A stretch of 64,000 bases of DNA, taken from assembly GCA_951406725.2 (NCBI GenBank), contig OX597822.1, positions 113,956,001 to 114,020,000 of the forward strand. The letters are read 5' to 3'. The notes beneath the pieces are model-generated. The model saw only the letters and a program-made list of their open reading frames with translations. It ran no database searches and had not been told where the DNA came from. The translations under genes were made by a program, and so were the position numbers. Positions 30,638 through 44,400 of the stretch are shown here, one piece after another; the stretch's first letter is position 1; every line of letters begins with the position of its first letter. Source of the DNA: Octopus vulgaris (lineage: Eukaryota).

Positions 30638-31356
30638 ATAATGAAATTATTGATACAGTGCTCAGGTGCACCACAACTTGTCAAAAGTGCGTATAAAGCA
30701 TATGCAGTAATGTACAAATGTCTGGGAAGCGAACAATGTACGAGTCAGATACATGCTTTTGTGTGTATGGATGGGGAGAAAATCAGGTGTAGTGTTGGCG
30801 AATCTCAGGAAGCATGGAAGTTTTGAAGGAATCCAGTGCTCTGACAACTAACAACTGATGCCGGCAGTTTGTTCCACGCTTCAGAAACTCTTAGCATGAA
30901 AAAATGTTTCCGAAACTTATGGGAGCTGTGCTGTTTTCTGACTTTGTAAACATATAATAATAATATTAATAATGAAATTATTGTATACAGTGCTCAGGTG
31001 CGCCACAACTTGTCAAAAGTGCATATAAAGCATATGCAGTAATGTACAAATGTCTGGGAAGTGAACAGTGTATGAGTCAGATACATGTTTGCGTGTGTAT
31101 GGAGGGGAGAAAATAAGGTGTAGTGTTGGCGAATCTCAGGAAGCATGGAAGTTTTGAAGGATGCAGTGCCCCGACAACTAACAACTGATGCCGGCAGTTT
31201 GTTCCATGCTTTAGCAACTCTCAGTGTGAAAAAATGTTTCCTAAAGTCATGGGGGCTGTGCTGTTTTCTGACTTTGTAAACATGTCCACGGGTGTTGGAC
31301 AGATGGAGTTTGAAAAGGTGCTCAGAGTTATTGTTTGTAAGATGGTTAATAATTTT
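30638..31356 (-). mobile_element. Two tandem CR1-type LINE 3' ends (about 30638-30951 and 30955-31356)
   Basis: Both start AATGAAATTATTG.ATACAGTGCTCAGGTG on + and match 8133 onward. Confidence 0.85.
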
Positions 31357-32051
31357 TCGTTCCGATATCTAAGTTGCTGACTACTTCAGTTGTCCAGTCT
31401 AGTATCCCAAATGTAAAACAAGATATGATTTTATTGAATGCAGACAGAGTTGACTTTCATACCTTCTGAAGTCTACAAAACCTTTCTTATGTGCGGGTGG
31501 GTATATGTATACGTGTGCATGCATGTGCAAGTGTGTGTGTATATTGCATCGGTAAATATAACCCCCAGAAGAGCTCATAGAATACCAGTGGGTTCGACTG
31601 CCGGTAAACGAACATCTTGATCTGTAATTGTAAATCTCATGATTCAGGTACTGAGAGTTGTCTCCCCTCGTAAAGCTGGGATTTTTTTTTGCTTCGTCCG
31701 TAAGTTTTTCATTTCCTCGAGTATTTTTGTGTCATTATCCCCTGTTTATAGTAAATATTTTGGTCTTTCCTCATATTTTTATTGTTATTAACCCTGTCAG
31801 TTGTTAATATTTTGCGGTGTAGAATCCACACTACATTTAAAAACAAAACAAACAAACAATTGAAATGTACACTCCCACTTTATAACGACAATAATAATAA
31901 TTATTAAAATTACGGAGATGTACTTGCATAGCGAGTGACCTGATCTGAGATCGTGTGCTGGAGCGAAAACAATTGCAGCGTGGAAGGTGTTTATAAGCCA
32001 TTTAAGAAACACACAAAAAACCGTTAGATTCACTTCAACAAATAAATTTAA

Positions 32052-32102
32052 TTTGTCAAAATATTTTCGTCGCTTCGAGACCGCGACCTGTTCACTGACA
32101 AA
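32052..32102 (-). ncRNA. Minimal type I hammerhead ribozyme motif with G3:C8 core variant
   Basis: Minus strand: TTTGTCA GTGAACA G GTCGC ggtctcgaa GCGAC GAAA ATAT T T TGACAAA. 7-bp stem I, 5-bp stem II, 1-bp stem III with a palindromic ATAT loop. Confidence 0.65.
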
Positions 32103-32340
32103 GCTTCGTGCTGCATCTAATAATAATAATCCTTTCTATTTTAGGGTGCAAAGCCAGAAATTTTTCGGAGTCGGTCTAGTTGATTGCATCGACTCGGTGT
32201 TCAAATGGTAATTATTTCCTCGACTCCGAAAAGATGAAAGGCAAAATCGACTTCGGCGTAATTTGATCTCCGAAGGTAAACCCGGAAGAAATGCCGTTTG
32301 GCATTTTATTCGTTATGTTAATGATTCTATAATAATAATA

Positions 32341-32372
<32 letters not shown>

Positions 32373-33382
32373 CACATGTGTAGACGAACTGGAAAGCTCT
32401 GGATTTCCTCATTTCCAAAAGTTGGGATGGTGGAACGGGATTAAAAAAAAAAAATTAATTGTTTAGGAAAATAAATTTTTTTTCGTAATCTCTGATTTTA
32501 AAACAAGGATCGGAATAAATTCTAGGGAAAACCTAGGAGTGACCTTACCTTGATACATCTGCTTTTATTTTTCCAAAGAGTAATAAGAAATAATTAGGGA
32601 CATTCGATGTGAGGAGAATCGGAACCGGATCGCTATCAACTTTCGTTGTGCTACGCATCTTTGTTTTGTAAGAATATTATTTTTATTTCTGCAGCGTTGA
32701 AGTAATTGAGATTTGTTTAAAGAAATCGTCTTTGTTTATTAAAACATTAAAGAGGTACATACTACAGTATTGGCAAAGTAACTGCATGGTCAAAGTGTTT
32801 ATTTATAAACTCATAGTTTATATTATGCAAGTATTTTATGAAATACAATTAGGTGCTGTTTGTTTGAAGCAGTGGAGTCTCAAACTTTCTTCCCTTGGGA
32901 CCTTAATGAGTTCATTGTTTATAGTAAAATCGATTGAGGAAAGGGAAATGAAAGAAAAGTCATTAGAGTTAAATGTTTGTACAAATCTCTTCAAAGTCTG
33001 TTTTAATGGCAAACTCCTGGATTTTACCTCAAATTTCAGCTTTACAATGATTACTGTTGTGTTCGTAGGAAATCCTGCTAAAAATATGAAAATGGAATCA
33101 GAAGCAAGAATGAGGACTTTAAATAGCTGTGGAAATTCTGGAAGTGCCAGCTTTTTAAATGATGCTTGGCAAATTTGAGGCAATGCCAATAAATGTTGAA
33201 TAGTTCATTGGAGGAATCTTTAATCGAAGTTTAAATATGATAATTTAAAAAACCTTTAAAATTTACTTGATTTAATGTCACCACTTCATTTACTAGAATT
33301 ACCTTTAAAAATAGCAAAAGTGTCAGAGCACACCTTTGTATGCAAATTTTCCAAAATTTTAATTCCCTTTTGAAGGTTGAGA

Positions 33383-33979
33383 TCAGTGGTTCTCAACCAT
33401 TTTTTTTACTGGTAAACCCCTTTGATTATTATTCTCTTCTGGTGGACCCCGTGGCCATCCAATGTTTAAAAGTTAGTTTTATAGATACTCCTTTCAAAAT
33501 CCCTATTTTGCTTATCATCCATTCACTTGTATAGGTTTTGCAGTAGAACTCTCTGAGAGAACATGTTTCAGTTGTTGGGAAAATGTTAAATTATGTAAAA
33601 CGTCAGAGAAAGAAACTTAGCTGTTACTTGCAATAAATACATCTGAACCAAATTATTTTCATGAACCCTTAAAATAGGCATGGGCATGGCTGTGTGGTTA
33701 GGAAGCTTGCTTCCTAGCTACTTGGTTTCGGGTTCAGTCCCACCACATGGCACTTTGAGCAAGTGTCTTCTGCTATAGCCCCAGGCCGACCGAAGCTTTG
33801 TGATTGAATTTGGTAGGCGGAAGTTACTGCCGTGTGTGTATATGTGCGTGTAGGTGCTTGTGCCTCTCTGAAAGAGAGAGAGGGGTCCCCTATATACTAT
33901 AATATTTTGCTTGCATGGGACGCCCTAAAAATCTTATAGGATCCTCAGGGGCCTTATGGACCCTGGTTGGGAACTGCTG
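33383..33979. mobile_element. hAT-like MITE with a nested partial SINE A (about 33677-33860); related element at about 4731-4957
   Basis: Termini CAGTGGTTCTCAACC and GGTTGGGAACTGCTG. Confidence 0.6.
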
Positions 33980-35216
33980 GTTTAGATGATTCGTTGACAG
34001 CAAAGCCTGTTCCTTGCTTCCTTTGGAATGAATGTTTAGTGGGTAGAAGACAGGTCATCAATTTAACATGTTGATCAATTGTTTGGATGCAAAGATTATT
34101 TCAGTGACTAATTTTTTTAAATGAAAACAAATTAATAGGATTAACCCTTTCGATACCAACCTGGCTAAAACCACCTCTGGCACTGTAGTACAAATGTCTT
34201 GTTTTCATATGTTCTGAATGAAAATCTTCCACCAAACCTTAGTCACAATTTATGTTCCTAACACAAGCTTAATGGTAACTAAGTTATTTTACTAGATTCT
34301 TTGTTATATTTAAAATTAATTGAAAGAAACACAAAGCATCTCAAAATAAATACGGTAACAAAAGGGTTAATAGGTATCAAGAAAAATTGACATACAACCT
34401 GTAAAACATAAACAAGAAAATATCTTCAACAATAACCGTTTTAATTACTCATTAATTAAACATTTATGTGAGTCTATTAGTTATAACACAGCAAATATCT
34501 ATTGCTAGAAATCTCTATATAATAATATCTTTGCATAATAACTGCTAATATAAATGTTGATTGGTTGAGTTTTTCAGTTGTGATTTATATAGAGAGAGGA
34601 AGAGATTGAAAGATAGAGATATACAAAGTTAACATAAGAGGTGCAGGGTGATTGCATGTCAAGCAACAAAAATAGGGAAAGCCCCTGGTCCACCAGGAAT
34701 CACTGCAGAGATGCTCGAAATATCTGGCCAGCAACCCAGTTTTTCTCTCAGTTGATATAATTTCACATTATTTATTTTGCCATTGCCTCCAGAAAAAGCA
34801 TGAACATTACATAACCTCAACTGGCTTCCATGCCAGTGGCACGTAAAAAGCACCAACCAATCGTGGCCATTGCCAGCCTCACCTGGCACCTGTGCTGGTG
34901 GCATGTAAAAAGCACCAACCAATCGTGGCCGTTGCCAGCCTCACCTGGCACCTGTGCTGGTGGCATGTAAAAAGCACCCACTACACTCGCGGAGTGGTTG
35001 GCGTTAGGAAGGGCATCCAGCTGTAGAAACACTGCCAGATTAAGATTGGAGCCTGGCGCAGCCATCTGGTTCGCCAGTCCTCAGTCAAAATCGTCCAACC
35101 CATGCTAGCATGGAAAGCGGACGTTAAACGATGATGATTTTCTTACCAATGTGTATGTAAACTATAAATTGTCATACTTTCAATTTCAGGACACAAGCGT
35201 ATTGTAACCTACAGCT

Positions 35217-38200
35217 ATGTTGTCAAACCTCTTCGTGTGCCTACTGTTTCTTCCGTGTGTCAACAGTCTTCATTTCTTTGACCAACAAAACTTTGGTAAG
35301 TTGAACAAATTGCTTCTTACATTTTACGTTACTTCTTTGATTACTTTCTTCTCGGTATTTAACACTGATGTTTCATATTGGGTTACTGAATTTCCTGGCA
35401 CTAAAAGAGCTATTTCAATTTCTCTTGGCAAATCTTAAAAGTCTGTTATGTTGCTCCAGTGTCAGAATCTAATCTCAGAGGAAGTCTTTTATATTAATTC
35501 TAAAAAACGAAAATATATTCTAAGGGGAGGCGGGAGGGTGTATATAAGTTAGTAATCCTCAAAATATTCTGCTGAACTTGTTATTATTTACCCTCTGATC
35601 AGCTCTAATCAAGCAGACATGGGCAGAAGGCTTTCCAGCTGTGACCATCACATTTTGTTTTTTTGAAATGTAATATACCTAGGATCACATTATCTAATAT
35701 AACCTTTCATGGGGGTATATTAGAGGGAGTTTGGGCTGTTATTTCTAGCAGGGAGAGGCTCCCACCTTGGTTCTTGTGAGGTTTCTAATACTGTGATACA
35801 CAGTAATTGTTATTTGTAGAAATAAATTGTAACAGAAAATATAATTATTTAAGAAATTAAATTAATCCTTAAAAAGCACCATCCGATCGTGGCCGTTGCC
35901 AGTCTCGCCTGGCCCCTGTGCTGGTGGCACGTAAAAAGCACCCATTACACTCACGGAGTGGTTGGCGTTAGGAAGGGCATCCAGCTGTAGAAGCATTGCC
36001 AGATCAGACTGGGCCTGGTGCAGCTTCCTGGCTTCCCAGATCCCAGTTGAACCGTCCAACCCATGCTAGCATGGAAAGCAGACGCTAAATGATGATGATG
36101 ATGAAGATGATACCATTTGTGAAATAGTTGATGTTGTACCTGTTATTTTGTTTCAACTGTCGTATTTTAGTTTGACTTTTTATTATTATTATTTTTAAAC
36201 TATTCATGAAAGTGGGGACAGTGCAAGCCCCCTGGGACTGGTGAGATTAATGCAGCTGATATCTAACCTGAACAGCTGCTCAGATTCTTCATGAAAGAGA
36301 ATTTGTGATCTGGTCTCAATGGCTGCAACAGGCTGAACTCTGCTAAAGGCCAGGTGGCTTAGTGTTAGTCTGAGCAGCTTGCTAGATTTATCACCCACGA
36401 TGTGTTTAAAGGGAAATAATTGCTGTATATTGATGCTTATGTGTGTTTGGTGTATTTATATAAGGGAACTTTGATTAAATATTAGAGACAGGGGTTTTAG
36501 AAAGGGTTGCTGTTTGACCCCGTGCTTGAGCAGAACTGCAATTAAATGTCTCCCAACCATGACAGTCTTGTATTTTTGTATATCCGAGGCTACATTCTTT
36601 AATGTACCCCTAAGACTAGGATTTTGGTTGTGATTTAAAAGATATTTCATCAACCCTGATCATCAACCTTTCATCAGCCCTAATGAAAGGTAAGAACATC
36701 AAAACCAGTTGGTTCTATTTTCGTCCCTGATTAGTTTTATATAAAATGTTTTACAGCTTCTGTTGTGAAGTGTAAGAGTCTTTATTATTTTCTTCCCAAC
36801 CTCATAAAATGGAGATAATGGGCACACAAGTTTTGATTGGCCTTTAATTTAATTTAATTAAACGCTTTAGCATTCAGATTAATCTGTCAAATGTAAAGCC
36901 TGTTTAATTACATTGTTTTAAATTAATTGTACAGCATCTTGTAACTCTGGGATTTTGATGATGACCCTGTTTATTTTTAGAATGACTTTGTAGGGTAGGT
37001 GCGAGAGGTCAGAGCTGGCTTGGTTTGTGCATAAAACAGGAAGACAATTTTGGCCTGGTATGGCCGGTTTAAACATTAAAGGGTTAATGATACACCAGGA
37101 ATTATTATCAAGCCACCATCAATTGTGCCTAATTTTGTTTGTATTTTAATTGGTAATCTTGTATTCCTTTAGCTTAGTATCTTGAGTACTTACTTGTACT
37201 TGTGACGGCGCTCACCCAGGGCAGGTTGAACCGGCTTCTTCTCTGGTCCTGATGGCATCATGAACCATGGCGGCTATTGCCATGGTAGTAGTAGGATTCA
37301 TAGAAGAAGTTTCATGGAAATATTTAATTCACAAACGGTCCCCGACATACCGCATGCATATCCCGAGTGATGCCCTGTTTGCCACGGAGTCTCCACAGAC
37401 GCAGGGATAGAATGACCTCGAGGCTGCCGGTTGCTGATCAGACACCTCTTGGAATTTTCACCAGAGCCCCGTTGGCCAGCCTGTAGCCCAAATACCGCTC
37501 GGTGCCTGACCAATCCGCCTTCGGTGGCCCTACCAGGAACCGAAGTTCCCGATGGCATAGCTCTGACACTGCCCGTTCACACCACCCTACCGCTTTGAGG
37601 AGAGGTTGGACTTTAGGGTAGAGTATCTTGAGTGATTGTAAACAAACTGGTTGCTTCTGTCTTCGTCCTTAACTGTTAAAATTATAATGATGACAATTTT
37701 TTTTTTTTTTGCAGAACACAGAAAGAATGTGCTGTTCATTGTTGTTGATGACCTTCGACCTACACTCGGTTGTTATGGAAACCCAGTGGTCATAACACCA
37801 AATATTGATCAGCTGGCTTCAAAATCAATAAAATTTGAGCGAACTTATGTCCAAGTAAGATCTTTGTTTGTATTTTGATCATTAATGTTGAATTACAGAT
37901 AATATTTTAAATTACCTAATCAGGGGATATTTCTTTTCATTAAAATTTCACATAGACATTCTAAGGTCCGTGATTTTGTCAACAACAGATGTTTCATCAA
38001 AGAATTATGTAAATGTGAAGCTAATGATGTTTGCAATAAATGGTGGCAAGCTAGCAGTATTGTTAGCATGCCAGCAAAAATGCACAATGGTATTTCATCA
38101 GTTTTTATGTTCTGAGTTCAAATTCTGCCAAAATCAACTTTGCCCTTCATCCTTTTGCAATCAGTAAAATAAGTACCAGTTGAATACTAGGGTTGATGTA

Positions 38201-38348
38201 AATGACTTCCCCATTTGCCTGGAATTGCTAGCCTTGTGCTAAAATTTGAAGCTCTTCCAGTACCTTAGTTTCACAATCACATGTGGTGCTGTCATTAATG
38301 TTTTAGATTATTTCAAAGATTTTCACTGAGGAGTTCCCAGGTATGATA

Positions 38349-38407
<59 letters not shown>

Positions 38408-41401
38408 GTGTGTGTGTGCATATCTTTTTATTTTTCATGTTATTTATTTACTTATTTCTTTTTTGATTAGCCTTTACTGTTATCATCTAGAAATCTAGTC
38501 CCCAATGAAATAATTAGTACTGACTTAAGACAAAATAGATTGAGAAGAATCTTAATCAATTAATCAAATGAGGATTGTACTCAAAAACTAAAGAAATGAT
38601 GTAGGCCAAGAGAAGTAACTCCTTTAGTCAGTTTTCAAATTATTTCACAAATTAATTACATATTTAAAGTTGCTTTACATATTAGTTACATGTCTTAGAT
38701 GGCTTCTTGTTACTCTTTACTCTTTTACTTGTCTCAGTCATTTGACTGTGGCCATGATGGAGCACCGCCTTTAGTCGAGCAAATCGACCCCAGGACTTAT
38801 TCTTTGTAAGCCTAGTACATATTCTATCAGTCTCTTTGCCAAACCGCTAAGTGACGGGGACGTAAACACACCAGCATCGGTTGTCAAGCGATGCTGGGGA
38901 GACAAACATATACACACACATACACACATATATATATGTATACATATATATATGACAGGCTTCTTTCAGTTTCTGTCTACCAAATTCACTCACAAGGCTT
39001 TGGTCGACCCGAGGCTATAGTAGAAGACACTTGCCCAAGGTGCCATGCAGTGGGACTGAACCTGGAACCATGTGGTTGGTAAGCAAGCTACTTAACCACA
39101 CAGTCACTCCTGCACCTGTTAATACAATTATAATTTTTGGGGACTATTTACCTTGTATTTGCTGATGAAAAAAAGATGTGTTAATATTTATATGTACAGT
39201 ACTGTGTTTAGATGTAAATATTAAAACTTCCATCTTAAATGATAAAGTTAAAAGAATTAATTGTATTGCTTATAAGTTCAATATAAATCTTCTCCGTTGA
39301 GTAGCAGGCTGTCTGTGGTCCAAGCAGAACATCTTTCTTAACGAGTCGTCGCCCAGATACAACCAGATTGTATAATTTTGGATCTTATTGGAGGAAAGCA
39401 GCTGGAAACTTCACCACTTTACCCCAATATTTCAAGGACAATGGTTACTTCACAGTTTCAGTAGGAAAAGTATTCCACCCAGGTATGTTATTTCCAAGGG
39501 ATGATTATTATAATCTTATTATGTATGTCTACTGCTAACCATTGATCAGATCTGACCTCTCACACCTACCCTACAACATCCTTCTAAAAATTAAAGAATA
39601 ACATTATTGAAATCTCAAAGCTATGATAATGCATGATTAATTTAATAATGAAATTATTGTATACAGTGCTCAGGTGCGCCACAACTTGTCAAAAGTGTGT
39701 ATAAAGCATATGCAGTAATGTACAAATGTCTGGAAAGCGAACAGTGTATGAGTCAGATACATGCTTGCGTGTGTATGGAGGGGAGAAAATCACGTGTAGT
39801 GTTGGCGAATCTCAGGAAGCATGGAAGTTTTGAAGGATGCAGTGCTCAGACAACTAACAATTGATGCCGGCAGTTTGTTCCATGCTTCAGCAACACTTAG
39901 CGTGAAAAAAATGTTTCCAAAAGTCATGGGAGCTGTGCTGTTTTCTGACTTTGTAAACATGTCCATAGGTGCTAGACGGGTGGAGTTTGAAAAGGTGCTC
40001 AGAGTTATTGTTTGTAAGATGGTTAATAATTTTATGGGTGTCTGCCAAGTCAGTTGCCAGACATCGGAGTTTCAATGTATCCATGCCCAGGGAAGTAAGG
40101 CATTCAGAATATGGCAAATGCCTGATGGACGGTATTCTCTTGGTTGCACATCGCCGAACGGCAATTAATATCCTGGGCAAGATAGGGGTTCCAGATTGGT
40201 GATGCCAATTCCAGGTGAGGTCATACCATAGCTATATATAGCCAGAGAGCGGCTCACAAAGGACTTGATAAGTGATGCCAAGACACCCTCAGCCTTCTTG
40301 GCAATTTTAGCAATTTAAAACAGTGTAAATAGTCTTACATTTGATGGAGTAATCTGAATACTAAAAGGTTTTCAGGGAGCACTAATGCATGTCTTTTCTC
40401 AATGTCAATTTTAGGACGTGCATCAGGTTTTACAGATGACTACCCATACAGCTGGAGCATACCCCCATACCATCCACCAACAGAGAAATATAAGATGGCC
40501 AAGGTAAAGTAAGCATTTTAAAATAGTTTCTTCTGGATTGATTAAAATGACTGAAATGAGTGGGATTTGAGGAAAATAATGATTGGTCTGTGGGAAAAAA
40601 TTATAAGTGAAACTGTAGGATCTGAGGAGTGCTAGCCACTACACATTCTTTATTTTCTCTTCTTGTTTCTTTCTGTGGAAAAGCGTTGGCTCGAAATGTT
40701 AAAGACTTTATCACTTCCCAAGCATTAAACAACTACATCTGTTTGTTGCCTACACTACCTGTCTTCATCTTTTGTTTTTTTGTGAATTCTCCCCAATAGG
40801 CGCAGGAGTGACTGTGTGGTAAGTAGCTTGTTTACTAACCACATGGTTCTGGGTTCAGTCCCACTGCGTGGCACCTTGGGCAAGTGTCTCCTACTATAGC
40901 CTCAGGCTGACCAAAGTCTTGTGAGTGGATTTGGTAGACGGAAACTGAAAGAAGCCCGTCATATATATATATATATGTGTGTGTGTGTGTATGTTTGTGT
41001 GTCTGTGTTTGTCCCCCCCAACATCGCTTGACAACCAATGCTGGTGTGTTTACATCCCCGTAACTTAGCGGTTCAGCAAGAGAGCCTGATAGAATAAGTA
41101 CTGGGCTTACAAAGAATAAGTCCCGGGGTCAAGTTGCTTGATTAAAGGCGGTGCTCCAGCATGGCCGCAGTCAAAATGACTGAAACAAGTAAAAAGAGAA
41201 AAAGAGAAAAAATACAAGGTAACATCTTATCATCATTGTTGTTTTATGTCCACTTTCCATCTTAGAACTCAAATTCTGCAGGTGTTGATTTACCAACTGA
41301 ATCAATCTCATTAATCATATCAGTCCAGGAAGATCTGCAGAAGGTCAAGGTCATTGCACTTTTACCTCTGACTAATAACACACACATGCACACTGATGCA
41401 T

Positions 41402-41435
<34 letters not shown>

Positions 41436-44400
41436 GTACTCTTTTAAATACAGGTTAACGAAAAACAAAAAAGTTCCCTCCTCCAATCGTAATAATTGTC
41501 ATAAATATCTTTGACAAATTTCTGAAATTGAGAATGGAAGATTTATCTTCAATTCTATAACACCAAATTGTTGTTGTTTAGTGCCAAAACATCTCCCTGA
41601 CTGAGCTGCCTTTTGATCAAAGACTTTCCAACTATGACAATTCCACATTACTAGAAGCATCAAGGACACTATTATCAATATTGTCCTTTTTTTAAGATGC
41701 TGGAATATAGTTGACTGAAATTTAACTGTTATTTTTAGGAGGCTGAGTGGCTCCCTTATTGGCTCTAATAGAAAATAGTTTCTATTTCAGGTGTGTCCTG
41801 GAGCAGATGGGAAACTTCATATGAATATTGTATGCCCTGTAGATGTCAATTCACAACCTGAACACAGTCTGCCTGATATACAAAGTACGGAATATGCAGT
41901 ACGGTTCCTGAAAGAAAGAGCCCTGAATAAAAGCAAGCAGCCATTCTTTTTAGCTGTTGGTTACCACAAACCTCACATACCCCTGAAATACCCCAAAAGT
42001 TATCTTGGTAAGTACAAATTCCTTTCTGGTTCTGCTAACCTTTTATTGTCTCTTGTTAATCATTCTTGATGCTGAAGATGTTATGTTCTTATGGGAAGAA
42101 AATAATTGGATGTCTGGATGAGTGTTAAAGGTTCTTTTGCATTTGAATGGCATTATTGTATATAAGCAATCATAATAATATCCATTGGTCTTTGTTGAAT
42201 TTATTGATGTTTGATGGTGGTGCTTTCATTAGAGCCAACAGATTCCCTCAACAATTCTATGGTAATGCTTTATTGCCATACTACCCCTTGTATGGTGTCT
42301 ATTTTTGAATCTAGATAGATGAGTCAATTACAGATGAGGTACTTGGCTCTAGTCCCATTGCAGAATTCTAACTGCTGGCTCCTCAGTTGCCTGGTGGTGT
42401 GATTCTAATTAGAAATATTTGCCATGATCAAATGCGCCGCCTCGACTGGCTTCTGTGCTGGTGGCACATAAAAAGCACCATCCGAACGTGGCCGATGCCA
42501 GCACCGCCTTGGCTGGCTTCCGTGCCAGTGGCACGTTAAAAGCACCAACCGATCGTGGCCATTGCCAGACCCACCCTGGCACCTGTGCAGGTGGCACGTA
42601 AAAAGCACCCACTACACTCGCGGAGTGGTTGGCGTTAGGAAGGGCATCCAGCTGTAGAAACACTGCCAGATCAGACCGGAGCCTGGTGCAGCCTTCTGGC
42701 TTCCCAGACTCCGTCCAAACCGTGCTAGCGCGGAAAACAGACGTTAAACGATGATGATGATGATGATGAAATGATGACCAACACTCTTAACAACTCAAAG
42801 ACATGAACCAAGTAAGGGTACTCTGTATGGTCATATGACCTGCTAGAAATAACAGCTAAAACACCATCAACGGATACTCTATCATCTTCAAAAAGGTTAA
42901 GACACATATTCACCCAGAATAATGTAACTTTGTATGCCTTATAGCTTAAACAAAGACTTCAAGATCACAAGTTGAATGTTTTATTTTCTTATGATTTACT
43001 TAAATGAAGAAGGGTTATACAAAAAACCTCTCAGACAGATGGAAGTAAAGAGTAAAGGGGGAAAGTATTTGAAACCTGACCCCAATGCATAAAACTGTAA
43101 GTTAAACAACAGCAATACAGCTAGATGAAACTTTCTTTCAAAGACAATGCACATATTTTTTTCAGAGGCCAAACATAAAGCAAAATCTCAAATTCTTTGT
43201 AGATCTCTACCCTTTTCCTGAAATAAAACTACCGAAAGACCACAATTATCCTCCAGGCTTTCCAGCAGTCGCCTGGAACCCATTGCTTGATCTTCAAAGA
43301 AGGGAAGATGTTGCAAAACTGAATGTTAGTTTTCCATTTGGGCCTTTACCAGACCATTTCCAAGTAAGTGATATCATAAAAGGTTTTACACTTCATCTCT
43401 CTCTCTCCTCTCCTCCTCTCACACACATTTATTTGTTTCTTTACTACCCACAAGGGGCTAAACACAGAGGGAACAAACAAAGACAGACAAAGGGATTAAG
43501 TCGATTACATTGACCCCAGTGCGTAACTGATACTTAATTTATCGATCCTGAAAGGATGAAAGGCAAAGTCGACCTCGGCGGAATTTGAGCTCAGAAACAT
43601 AACGGCAGACGAAATACAGCTATGCATTTCGCCCGGCGTGCTAACAGTTCTGCCAGCTTGCCGCCTTCACCTCACACACATTCATTGTTAGGGTACCTAT
43701 AGAGCATCAGTTATGAATATATTTTTTTGACTCATTTTAAAATTCAATTCACATCAAAGGGCCAATTTGAAGATTGAAGTGAAGGTTTCATTGTTATTTA
43801 ACAGTTCTTCAGGATTCCTTTTGATCTCATTCCCCTCTGTACCAAATAAATGCCAGCCACTGGTTGCTGCCGTTGTCATTGTCGTTTATTTAGTTCACAA
43901 CAGGACTTATAGTTTGTGGAAAGAAAGCAATCTTCTTAAGTTTATAAGGGACCAGAAGATATGGCAAATTGCTGGACTTGATAAGACACGTCAAGCTAAA
44001 CAAAATTGCTGTCTTCCACTTATAAAGCACTCCTGCTGCATTAACACACCCGTGCCGGTGACATATAAAAAGCACCCAGCATACTCTGTGAAGTGGTTGA
44101 CATTAGAAAGGGTATCTAGCCATAAAAACCATGCCACAACAGACAGTTGAAGCCTGGACAGCTCTCTGCTAGCCAGCTCCATGTCAAACTGTCCAACCCA
44201 TGCCAGCATGGAGAGCGAGTGTTAAACGATGTTGATGGCTAGAAGAATATCTCAAAACAAATCTCCCCACTACGAGGATGGATAAGGGGACATTGCAGAA
44301 GTAACAAAAAATGTGGAGGTTTTACATAAAAATTGTTTAAAATGAAAATTGAGAGAATGCATAAAGTGTCCAGTTGAGGATCATCAACTTAGATTAATGA

